Origin: an uncultured Bacteroidia bacterium
Lineage (GTDB): Bacteria > Bacteroidota > Bacteroidia > NS11-12g > UBA9320
Direction: 5' to 3'
DNA length: 64,000 bases
Assembly (NCBI GenBank): GCA_943846675.1
Contig: OX044357.1
Location: 1,991,073-2,055,072, forward strand
Position numbers and translations under genes: made by a program
The notes under the pieces: model-generated
The model's input: only the letters and a program-made list of their open reading frames with translations
Told to the model about the DNA's origin: nothing
The model's database searches: none
Part shown: piece after piece, positions 51,690 to 59,824 of the stretch
Numbering within the stretch: position 1 is the first letter of the stretch
Layout of the letters: the number at the start of each line of letters is the position of its first letter

Positions 51690-53948
51690 ATGAGATATAT
51701 TAAAATCGCCCTGTTAGTCTTGTTGCCTTCTGTTGTTAGTGGACAAACGCTGATCAATATTTATCAAAGTAATGGAACCTTGCTTCATGTGCCAATGGCT
51801 TCTGTAGATAGCGCACGCTTCAATACTGCAGGAGGAGTTACGTTCCAAAGTATATTTCAATCCAACCTTAATGTTCTGAAAATAGCTACAAACAGTATAG
51901 ACAGCATAACCTACACTACTCCATTGCTAAAAAACTTACCAGTCCTTACAACCACTGGTGCACTAAATATTACTTCGTTTTCAGCTAACACAGGTGGAAA
52001 TATTACAAGTCAAGGTGGCGATACCATTACTCAAAGAGGTGTTTGCTGGAGTACGCACTTATCTCCCACATTGGCTGACAACCATACTAACAATGGTTTA
52101 GGAACTGGCTCATACACGAGTAGTATGTTGCCCTTATTATCTAAAACCACTTATCACATTAGAGCGTACGCTACCAACTCATACGGCACAGCCTATGGCA
52201 ATGAGCTTACCTTCATTACACTCAAAGGATCTGGTGATTTACCTACTGTAACTACCGATGTGCTTTCTGATACCACTGGGTACTCTGTAAAAAGTGGTGG
52301 AGAAGTGACCTCAGATGGAGGTTCGGCGGTAGTGTCTAGAGGAATTTGCTGGGCAAGTGGCGTTACCCCAACTATCAGCAATTCGATTACCATAGAGGGT
52401 TCTGGTGCAGGAATATTTAAAAGTACCGCTTCAAATCTGTTGGCTAGCTCAACATACTTTGTCAGAGCTTATGCTACTAATAGTGCTGGTACTGCTTATG
52501 GCAATTCGTATACAGTGACTACGTATCCTTGGCCTGTTATTAAAATTCTTGAAATTAAAGACATCACACCCAATTCTTACCATATTAGAGGTACGGTAAC
52601 AGACAATGTAGGCCTTGAGATAACGGGAATAGGCGTTGCATTAGGAGTAGATCCATTCCCAACGGCGGAAGAGAATAAACGATTCACTACTACGCTGAGT
52701 CAATTTGAGTCAGGTTTCATCGATTGGAATGGGATTCCATTTGAATTAGTTTCAAATACCCGATACCATCTTAGAGCTTTTACAATCAGTAAAGCAGGGA
52801 TAATATATGGCGATACTTTGTCTATTGTAATGGCTCCTGCATATCCAGATGTAGAAACTTATGATGTGATTAAAACAGGCGGAAAGACAGCTACAATAGG
52901 TGGACGTGTATTGAGTAAAGATGGTGCTCCCATCACCTTAAGGGGAATGTGCTATACCACAGATCGACTTAATGTGAATATTAATGCCGATACCGTAATA
53001 AGTTCTAATGACACTGGAGTTTATTCGAGTTTCATAGATAGTTTAATGCCTAATAGAACGTATTATTTTAGAGCTTTTGCAATGAATGATTCTTTCGAAG
53101 TAAAATATGGTGGAACTAAAAATTTTACTACTTGTAATGTACCGAGTCTTGGCATCACCAAAAGAGAAAAAGTGTATGCCGATAGTGCCTACGTCGGAGG
53201 AACAATTACAGATAATGGAGGCTGTGATATTATCTCTAGAGGGGTTGTTTGGAATCTCGCTCAAAATGCTACATTAGACGACAGCGTGATATACTCTACA
53301 GATACAAGTACAAGTGCAGATTTCTCTACATTCTTAGCTAACCTAGAACCTAACCACGATTACTATGCACGAGCATTTGCAATTAATGACGCAGGCGTAG
53401 GATACGGACAACAATTTACCCTGAGCACCCAAGAATGTGTGGATGGATTGTGTATAGGGCAAGAGTATCAAGGTGGTTTAATATCCTACATACTCAAACC
53501 TGGGGATACAGGATACGATAAGGATACAGTCCACGGATACATAAGTGCTTCAAAAATAATTGGTTCAGCAGTCTGGGGTTGTTATGGAACGGATATCGCT
53601 GGTACTACTGTCAGTGGAAAGACCAATACAGAAGCTATTATGGCTCAAAGTTGCAACACATCTTCCAGTGCTGCTAGCAAGTGCTACAACTTAACACTTA
53701 ATGGATATTCAGATTGGTATCTACCAAGTCCAGAAGAGCTAAGAAAAGTGTTTTATAATTTAAAATTGAATGGATTAGGTGATAATTTAGCAACCTCATA
53801 TTGGTCGTCTTATCAGTGCAGTGGACACGGAGCTATGTTTGTGAGTATGACTAGAACAAACAATACAATATACACCCATTGTAACGTATCCAAATCTACT
53901 CCAAGCAAAACGAATTCTCTTGATATACTTCCTATTCGGTATTTTTAG
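51690..53948 (+). CDS. Exported FN3-like repeat protein with C-terminal DUF1566/Lcl-like domain
   Basis: Repeated GG.IT..GG..I..RGVCW...YY.RAYA.N..G..YG...F.T units; IGQEYQGG, GYSDWYLPS.EEL, YWSS. Confidence 0.82.
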   Translation: MRYIKIALLVLLPSVVSGQTLINIYQSNGTLLHVPMASVDSARFNTAGGVTFQSIFQSNLNVLKIATNSIDSITYTTPLLKNLPVLTTTGALNITSFSANTGGNITSQGGDTITQRGVCWSTHLSPTLADNHTNNGLGTGSYTSSMLPLLSKTTYHIRAYATNSYGTAYGNELTFITLKGSGDLPTVTTDVLSDTTGYSVKSGGEVTSDGGSAVVSRGICWASGVTPTISNSITIEGSGAGIFKSTASNLLASSTYFVRAYATNSAGTAYGNSYTVTTYPWPVIKILEIKDITPNSYHIRGTVTDNVGLEITGIGVALGVDPFPTAEENKRFTTTLSQFESGFIDWNGIPFELVSNTRYHLRAFTISKAGIIYGDTLSIVMAPAYPDVETYDVIKTGGKTATIGGRVLSKDGAPITLRGMCYTTDRLNVNINADTVISSNDTGVYSSFIDSLMPNRTYYFRAFAMNDSFEVKYGGTKNFTTCNVPSLGITKREKVYADSAYVGGTITDNGGCDIISRGVVWNLAQNATLDDSVIYSTDTSTSADFSTFLANLEPNHDYYARAFAINDAGVGYGQQFTLSTQECVDGLCIGQEYQGGLISYILKPGDTGYDKDTVHGYISASKIIGSAVWGCYGTDIAGTTVSGKTNTEAIMAQSCNTSSSAASKCYNLTLNGYSDWYLPSPEELRKVFYNLKLNGLGDNLATSYWSSYQCSGHGAMFVSMTRTNNTIYTHCNVSKSTPSKTNSLDILPIRYF

Positions 53949-54200
53949 GGCTAAGCGCTTGCAATGGGAAAGTTAAGCGGTATAGGTCCCAAATGACATT
54001 CCAATATATTACTCTTTCAGATTTCATAAGACATTAATTTACACCACCTTGTATTTTACGATTTCTCCAAGGTGACCTTTCGGAAAAAAACTGAAGGGTT
54101 GGGCAGTAGATCATGGTTAATGAGGAATGATGGCAAGTCCGCCATAAGAAAACCTAAGTCGTAGTTGCAAGCTCAAAGTTAGATAATAGGCTGCTTCCCT

Positions 54201-54485
54201 CTAAAATTGTACAACTTCTAACTCTCTTTCAATAAGGTTTTCCTGTTGAATCTGATCTACCTTCTTAAAATGCCAATGATAAAATGCCGCTAAGGTGTTC
54301 ACTCCGTCTGCGTGTAACAATTTGTCTATGTGTGAATTATTAATTTCCTCGAGGGTTAATGCATCATCAGGCATAACAAACTCAACTGTATAAATTTCAT
54401 TGATTACGGGATAATTCCATCTATAATCATGATTGCACCAATTGTCATTTACACAAACTACTTTTTCTCCTACTTTAAAAGACAT
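54201..54485 (-). CDS. Hypothetical protein (phage-like small SH3-type, FKVGEKVVCV)
   Basis: ATG-started 94-aa ORF; family inferred from the N-terminus only. Confidence 0.55.
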   Translation of the reverse strand: MSFKVGEKVVCVNDNWCNHDYRWNYPVINEIYTVEFVMPDDALTLEEINNSHIDKLLHADGVNTLAAFYHWHFKKVDQIQQENLIERELEVVQF

Positions 54486-54724
54486 ATTCTAATTTTTTAA
54501 GTTATTAAAACATGCATTAAACAAATTACATTGGATCCCTTTTACTTTTTGGACTGGGAGTCCCACATTGTATCTTGGCCACCGTGCTTAAGGAAAAGTC
54601 GGTTGGCATCCATTTGGATTCTTAATGCGAGGCAAATATAAATAATTCACAACATAGTATTATGCTCAGATTCCCAGCCTAATTCCTTTACAAGTGTTTT
54701 GGCTACTTCGTGTGTTGGAACGCT

Positions 54725-54846
54725 CGCTAACATGCCCTAAATCCAATAGGGTCTTATGCTGGAATTAAGTATCACTTTATTCGCTAACTTTGAGAGAAAA
54801 AAAACTAACGCGCAAGTCCCTACTGGGTTTAGCGCCACCGTTAGCT
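54725..54846 (+). repeat. attC-like imperfect palindrome
   Basis: CGCTAAC...CTAAATCCAATAGGG pairs with CCCTACTGGGTTTAG...GTTAGCT; ORF begins 19 nt later. Confidence 0.65.
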
Positions 54847-54865
54847 AATATTAAAACACACCAAC

Positions 54866-55378
54866 ATGAACACATTCTTCGAAATTTTTAATTGGCAATT
54901 TCACCTTCTATTTCTAGCCTCTGCAAATATTGGTACTGGGTTTGGAAAGTTTGCGAAACTCAGGTTAGCAGGTGGTATTTGGACTGGAACTTTATGGTTT
55001 AAATTTTTAATTGTAGAAGAAGGCTTATTTTTTTCTGCGCAAATAGGAATCGCAATTTTTAGTTCCATCGCTTACAGTTGGTGGTTTGGTTTGATTATTC
55101 TGATTGAGCAACTACTTGTAGGAGGTTTAATTTTAGGTGTTATTCAAGGTACGTTAAAGTTAACGTACGGAAGTTACAGGTGGGTATCAATAAAAACAAT
55201 TGGAGTAATAGTGGACGCTTTTCTTTTTGTTTTTTACATCAACAACCTAGAGTATAGCGTTGATTTATTTGGTATTAGTTTTCCTTTTTGGGTTTTTATG
55301 CTTGCTTTTGCCTTGCCAAGAGGGATATTTGGAATTATAACTTTCATTACAGATTTACTAACTGGAAATAAATATTAA
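54866..55378 (+). CDS. Hypothetical multi-pass membrane protein (cassette-like)
   Basis: 170 aa, hydrophobic, AT-rich, immediately after the attC-like site. Confidence 0.7.
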   Translation: MNTFFEIFNWQFHLLFLASANIGTGFGKFAKLRLAGGIWTGTLWFKFLIVEEGLFFSAQIGIAIFSSIAYSWWFGLIILIEQLLVGGLILGVIQGTLKLTYGSYRWVSIKTIGVIVDAFLFVFYINNLEYSVDLFGISFPFWVFMLAFALPRGIFGIITFITDLLTGNKY

Positions 55379-55401
55379 TTCAATAAAAAATTTTACGCAT
55401 A

Positions 55402-56097
55402 TGTACGTCGCCAGCCAAATTTGAACTTTTGAGTTAAAAACTAAGAGAGTTCATGCTAATTTAGGTTTAATTTTTGATACTGTTTTTTTCGTGCTTTTAG
55501 CGTTCTTGATTTAGTCATTCTTCGTTGCTTCAATTTCGACTCAGCTTTGCCGTGATAAACCTCTGCAGGAGTCAGGTTTTGCAAAGATTCATGGTAGCGT
55601 TTATTGTTGTAATAATAAACGAACTCATTAAGTTTTTGTTCCAGCTGTTCCGGGCTGAAGTAATTGTCCAATTTGACCACATTCTTCATGGATCTATGAT
55701 AACGTTCAATCTTTCCTTGAGTCTGAGGGTGAAGAGGCCTACCTCGAACGTGTTTCATATTTTGGATCTGTAGATAATTGGCAAGTTCTAGTGATATGTA
55801 GCATGATCCATTGTCCGAAAGAAGTTTAGGTCTACTGTTCTCTGGAACGTCCGAAGCAAGTAAAGCTTCATTTAAGGTAGCTTTAACATCTTCTGCCTTC
55901 ATAGAGGAACACAGCTTCCAGTTGACAATAAATCGGCTGTAATCGTCTAGAACTGTAGAGAGGTAATACCAACCCCAACCAAAGATCTTAAAGTAGGTGA
56001 AGTCTGTTTGCCACATCTGATTAACATGTGTTGTTTTGTCATGAAAACTGTCTGATGCACTCATGATTCTAAAGGAAGGTGTTGATATCAGACCATT
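55402..56097 (-). pseudogene. Truncated IS3-family element (one IR plus 3' part of orfB), diverged relative of 48158-49640
   Basis: Starts TGTACGTCGCCAGCCAAATTTGAAC; ORF 55456-56064 is highly similar to OrfB; similarity stops at ~56097; no orfA. Confidence 0.88.
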
Positions 56098-56165
56098 CTA
56101 GCGATTTAACATTGATCATCCTCTTTTGAAAAAAGGTGAAGAACTATTTTACTGAACGCGGTTGT

Positions 56166-56564
56166 TTATTCACCCAACGCTTCAGGCAACGTAAAAACAA
56201 CTCCATCAACCAAGTCTGCATTTTCGTCAATGATTCCCATTTCCTGAAGTTTATCAATTTTATCTGACTGTTCTTTTGCTTCTGTTGAATCAATAACCCG
56301 AACATTGTATTGAATGTCCTTCTTTTCTTCAGGTGGGGCAATAGCTTTCAACTTTGGTATAACCATCTCTGAGAGCTTAATGTATAGCTCTAATGCCTTA
56401 TCGGGACGTGTTTCTGCCACCGAGTCAAACCAACCTTGTATTTTTGTTGCATTATCGTTCAAGAAGTCTGCAAACATCTCTCTTAGATCCGTTGACAATT
56501 TATTCGATACTCCTTTGGGTCGTCCTTGTCTGTTTATGTTATCGTCTCCAGGTATAAAGGGCAT
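56166..56564 (-). CDS. GRPKG-motif protein, small-terminase-like (DUF5681-like)
   Basis: MPFIPG...N..GRPKG..NK followed by helical region ending PKLKA; motif-level similarity only. Confidence 0.55.
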   Translation of the reverse strand: MPFIPGDDNINRQGRPKGVSNKLSTDLREMFADFLNDNATKIQGWFDSVAETRPDKALELYIKLSEMVIPKLKAIAPPEEKKDIQYNVRVIDSTEAKEQSDKIDKLQEMGIIDENADLVDGVVFTLPEALGE

Positions 56565-56570
56565 TGTTTT

Positions 56571-57134
56571 TTATTGTTCTTTGCTGTGTACAAGATACAA
56601 ATCTTTAAGGAGTTTTAAGTATCGCTTTGTGGGCTTGTTCTTGTAAAACTTCTTGAAGTGTTTTCCGTATAATTCCATATAAGCGTCTTCGCTTCGTTTT
56701 AAGCGGCCAAATTGTTGAATTAGACATCTTGTATGACTGGAATACGTTTGCGTAGTATATGCCCCTTTAACAAGGCTTCTATGCGCATACCTACCATTCA
56801 GTAAATATAGCTTGCGACACCGCTTGTGCGTGAACGGACATTCGAAATACAATATGTCGCCGTTGCCTAGGTTCGACGGGACGGTTGTAATGTTTATTCG
56901 GTAGTCAACTTGTTCATCATCCTGCGTTAGGGTGTATTTCAACTCCATATATGGATAATCAGAAGTGTAATCAATTAGGAAGTTTAAACTGGCCTCATCT
57001 AATCCATGACGAGTCCATCGCAAATAACCAGCTTGTCGTATATGCTTTTGTACGTAATTCCACCTAAACAAATCTGACATAGCAATTGTTCTGCATTCAT
57101 CGCATAGTATCGGGAACCTGTGGTTATATGACAT
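56571..57134 (-). CDS. Hypothetical mobile-element protein with Cys motif (YFECP....RCRKLY)
   Basis: 187-aa ORF co-oriented within the island core. Confidence 0.65.
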   Translation of the reverse strand: MSYNHRFPILCDECRTIAMSDLFRWNYVQKHIRQAGYLRWTRHGLDEASLNFLIDYTSDYPYMELKYTLTQDDEQVDYRINITTVPSNLGNGDILYFECPFTHKRCRKLYLLNGRYAHRSLVKGAYTTQTYSSHTRCLIQQFGRLKRSEDAYMELYGKHFKKFYKNKPTKRYLKLLKDLYLVHSKEQ

Positions 57135-57402
57135 TGTTTAAGTTTTATGCTGAAGTCTAAATGTTTAGGGAAGATTGGTGACATCATACTCTAAATCTCC
57201 CACTCTCAAATAATGGACAACTCTTGTAAAGAGTATAGGGGGTGTCCTGTTCACCTTCAGACAATCCAAGAACACGAGTTATATGACAAGAAATAGCGTT
57301 AAATAAACAGTAAAAGAGAAGCGGTCGACGCGAAACCCGAAATTTTAACCGTTTTTCGCCTTAAAGTGAAGTGGTATTCTTCAAAATGATGGACAAATAA
57401 AG

Positions 57403-58158
57403 TCATCTATAATATCGTCCTCGCTTGTAAATTAATTTAGGCAAGTATTTATCAGGGTGACGTAACCAAACATACCCTTTATGTATAACTGGAAATGGCG
57501 CACCAATCTCCCACTCGCTTCGCATATAATGAATTTCTGAAGCAGGCAAACCAATAAATTCCCTATCCTCCTCTTTGTAGATGAATCCCAACTCGACACC
57601 TTTATTCATCAAACTACTGTTAGAACTGCGTTTAAATCCTGTTACATTTTCTAAAAATCTGGCTGACAGAGAACATGCGTAATTTCGCTGTATTCTTAGT
57701 ATCTTTGACTCTTGGCGAGGTTGATATAAACCGTCTTTTTTGGGCTCTCCCCGCCGTAAGTCAATTTTGTAATTAATACACTCCGATCCTGCAAATGCAC
57801 AAACAAGATAGGGTCGGAAGTATTCTTTGTTTACCAAATATTCTTGTCTTAAAATCACCTTCCTTGTTTTTGGTAATTTAAACTGGTCTATCAGTGTACC
57901 ATACCCTCTGAGGTAATACACTTTCTTTTTAGTTTTCCCAATGTAGTTGACATCTCTTAGCTTAGCCAGATGCCTAAAAAATGTTGCATCCGAAACACTA
58001 AGTTCATCAGCCAATTGTACCGTCAATTCTTTATCCAGTTTGAATGACCCTATGAGGTGAAACTTATATTTTAGAAATAAAAAGGTTCGTAACTCATCTT
58101 TGAGACCAATCTGCTTCGCATGCGCTACCACACTTAAAGGTACAAAACCATCAACCAT
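57403..58158 (-). CDS. Winged-HTH protein, candidate replication initiator
   Basis: QLADELSVSDATFFRHLAKLRDVNYIG HTH and a second LSARFLENVTG..RS.......GF wHTH; follows xis. Confidence 0.55.
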   Translation of the reverse strand: MVDGFVPLSVVAHAKQIGLKDELRTFLFLKYKFHLIGSFKLDKELTVQLADELSVSDATFFRHLAKLRDVNYIGKTKKKVYYLRGYGTLIDQFKLPKTRKVILRQEYLVNKEYFRPYLVCAFAGSECINYKIDLRRGEPKKDGLYQPRQESKILRIQRNYACSLSARFLENVTGFKRSSNSSLMNKGVELGFIYKEEDREFIGLPASEIHYMRSEWEIGAPFPVIHKGYVWLRHPDKYLPKLIYKRGRYYR

Positions 58159-58160
58159 TG

Positions 58161-58400
58161 TTACCGTAGCATAAATTTGTCAGCAGCTTGTTTAATGCGT
58201 TGTTCAGTTGACACCGCTTCTGTTTTCGACTCTTCGAACCGCACCTGCAACTCGCTTAGTTTGAAAAACAATTTCTTCCCAAAGGGTTTATAATAATTAA
58301 CCCGCTTCTCATGCACCAACTTATAGATGTAACTTGGTTTAAATCCAAAAACCTCTGAAAACTCTTTGAGACCTATGAGGTCATTTCCTAATTCCGCCAT
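58161..58400 (-). CDS. Excisionase/AlpA-like HTH_17 protein
   Basis: LKEFSEVFGFKPSYIYKLVHEKRVNYYKPFGKKLFFK. Confidence 0.85.
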   Translation of the reverse strand: MAELGNDLIGLKEFSEVFGFKPSYIYKLVHEKRVNYYKPFGKKLFFKLSELQVRFEESKTEAVSTEQRIKQAADKFMLR

Positions 58401-58553
58401 AGGGTAAAGATAATGCAAGAAAGGCACAGAAAGTAAAGATAACCACACTGGTTGTCAACACGTTATACCAAAGTTTTCAACGAAATGTGGAATATTTGTC
58501 TGCCAAGAGTCATCAGCGGTACAAATATTACCACAAAACTTAATCAAATACGT

Positions 58554-59651
58554 CTATATAGCTATGACGTTAGAAACCGAAGGCAATTTGCTAACAGCGG
58601 TTATATGTTCTTGTTCTACAATTTTTGTATATCGGTCTGTATATCTTGTTGATTTCTGACCCATTGCAGTTGCTACAACTTTCTGGTTACCACTTACTCG
58701 ACAAACTGAAGTACCAAACGTATGCCTAGCACAATAGAACGTTATATGCTTGTTAATACCAGCATGTTTTAGCCACGTTTTAAGCACTTTGTTGATTCCA
58801 TTCGTAGACTTTGGCAATACACCTTCAAATACGTACTCCTTGCTCTGATCCAAACCAAACAATTGTTGTTTTATCATCGGGTGCAGATAATTCTTCGCAT
58901 ACACTTCACTCTTGTTTCGTTGATAGGAGATAGTCTCGTTTTTTAGGTCTATGTCCGTCCATTTTAAATCTCTAAGTTCTGCTTCCCCCATCCCTGTGTA
59001 ACAAGCAATGATAAATGCCTTACGTATGCCCGTGTTTGAGCAAATTGTTGTAAATAGACTTTCCATCTCTTCAGTGGTTAGCACGTCCTTAGGAACACCG
59101 TCTTTATTCAACCCCTTTTTACTCACAAATTCAAATGGATTGCTGTGCATGTACCTGTCACGCATAGCCGCTCGTACTATACCAGTGAGCTTTTGCAAAT
59201 ATCCTGAAGGTGTACTTGCCGACAATCCGCTATCCTTTTTAAGGTATTCAACGAAATCATGTGCTATTGATTCCGTGAACGCATCCATTGGTAGCTTCTT
59301 ACGATTAATCGAATGCAAGAAGGTGACAAAGTGCTTTAATGCGGCTTTCACGCTTCTTTTATCCTTATTCTTATATTTCTCTATATAGTTCTCAGAATAT
59401 AACAGAAAGTTCGTTTCCTTCTTAAACTTTGGTAGTACGTCTTTATACTTCTTGCTTTCCGTCTCCTGTTCTACACGGTTGCGGATCTGCCTTGCCAGCT
59501 CTCTTTTATCCTGCTTTTCTGTGGCTGTATCCGTTGGTAATAACCAAATATCTAGGAACTGAGAACTACGATCATCTGCGTTAACATAAACATCCAAATA
59601 GAAACGCGTGCCTTTTTTCTTATATTTTCTCTGTCGTAACTTAACCGCCAT
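58554..59651 (-). CDS. Tyrosine integrase (Bacteroidota type) with atypical catalytic residues
   Basis: Arm domain (LRQR...FYLDVY), SAM-like domain, CYTGMG, FYCARHTF, MGQ...TDRY; TATCTTTG box at 59678-59685 supports ATG 59651. Confidence 0.9.
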   Translation of the reverse strand: MAVKLRQRKYKKKGTRFYLDVYVNADDRSSQFLDIWLLPTDTATEKQDKRELARQIRNRVEQETESKKYKDVLPKFKKETNFLLYSENYIEKYKNKDKRSVKAALKHFVTFLHSINRKKLPMDAFTESIAHDFVEYLKKDSGLSASTPSGYLQKLTGIVRAAMRDRYMHSNPFEFVSKKGLNKDGVPKDVLTTEEMESLFTTICSNTGIRKAFIIACYTGMGEAELRDLKWTDIDLKNETISYQRNKSEVYAKNYLHPMIKQQLFGLDQSKEYVFEGVLPKSTNGINKVLKTWLKHAGINKHITFYCARHTFGTSVCRVSGNQKVVATAMGQKSTRYTDRYTKIVEQEHITAVSKLPSVSNVIAI

Positions 59652-59699
59652 AGCCTTATTTTGCTGGTATATTAGCACAAAGATACAAGTTATAAAACA

Positions 59700-59718
59700 G
59701 GTTACATATAGTCGACAA
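59700..59718 (+). repeat. 19-bp direct repeat, candidate arm site (right)
   Basis: Identical to 48122-48140; flanked by ACAAGTTATAA repeats. Confidence 0.8.
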
Positions 59719-59824
59719 AATATATATAAACAAGTTATAACAAGGTAAAGCAAAAGACACTTAATTTATCAACAAAAACTACGTCATTGTTGAATATAAC
59801 TCACAAATGTACTGATAGCGTATG

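Noticed and set aside
53400-54200. Diversity-generating retroelement targeting the DUF1566-like tip
   Set aside because: No reverse transcriptase and no template repeat differing at adenines found in the window.
59652-59753. N-terminal extension of the integrase in the ORF track (similar extensions for recF, yihA, gmhB, xis, YceI)
   Set aside because: Several overlap -7 promoter boxes or upstream genes, and downstream starts fit family N-termini better.
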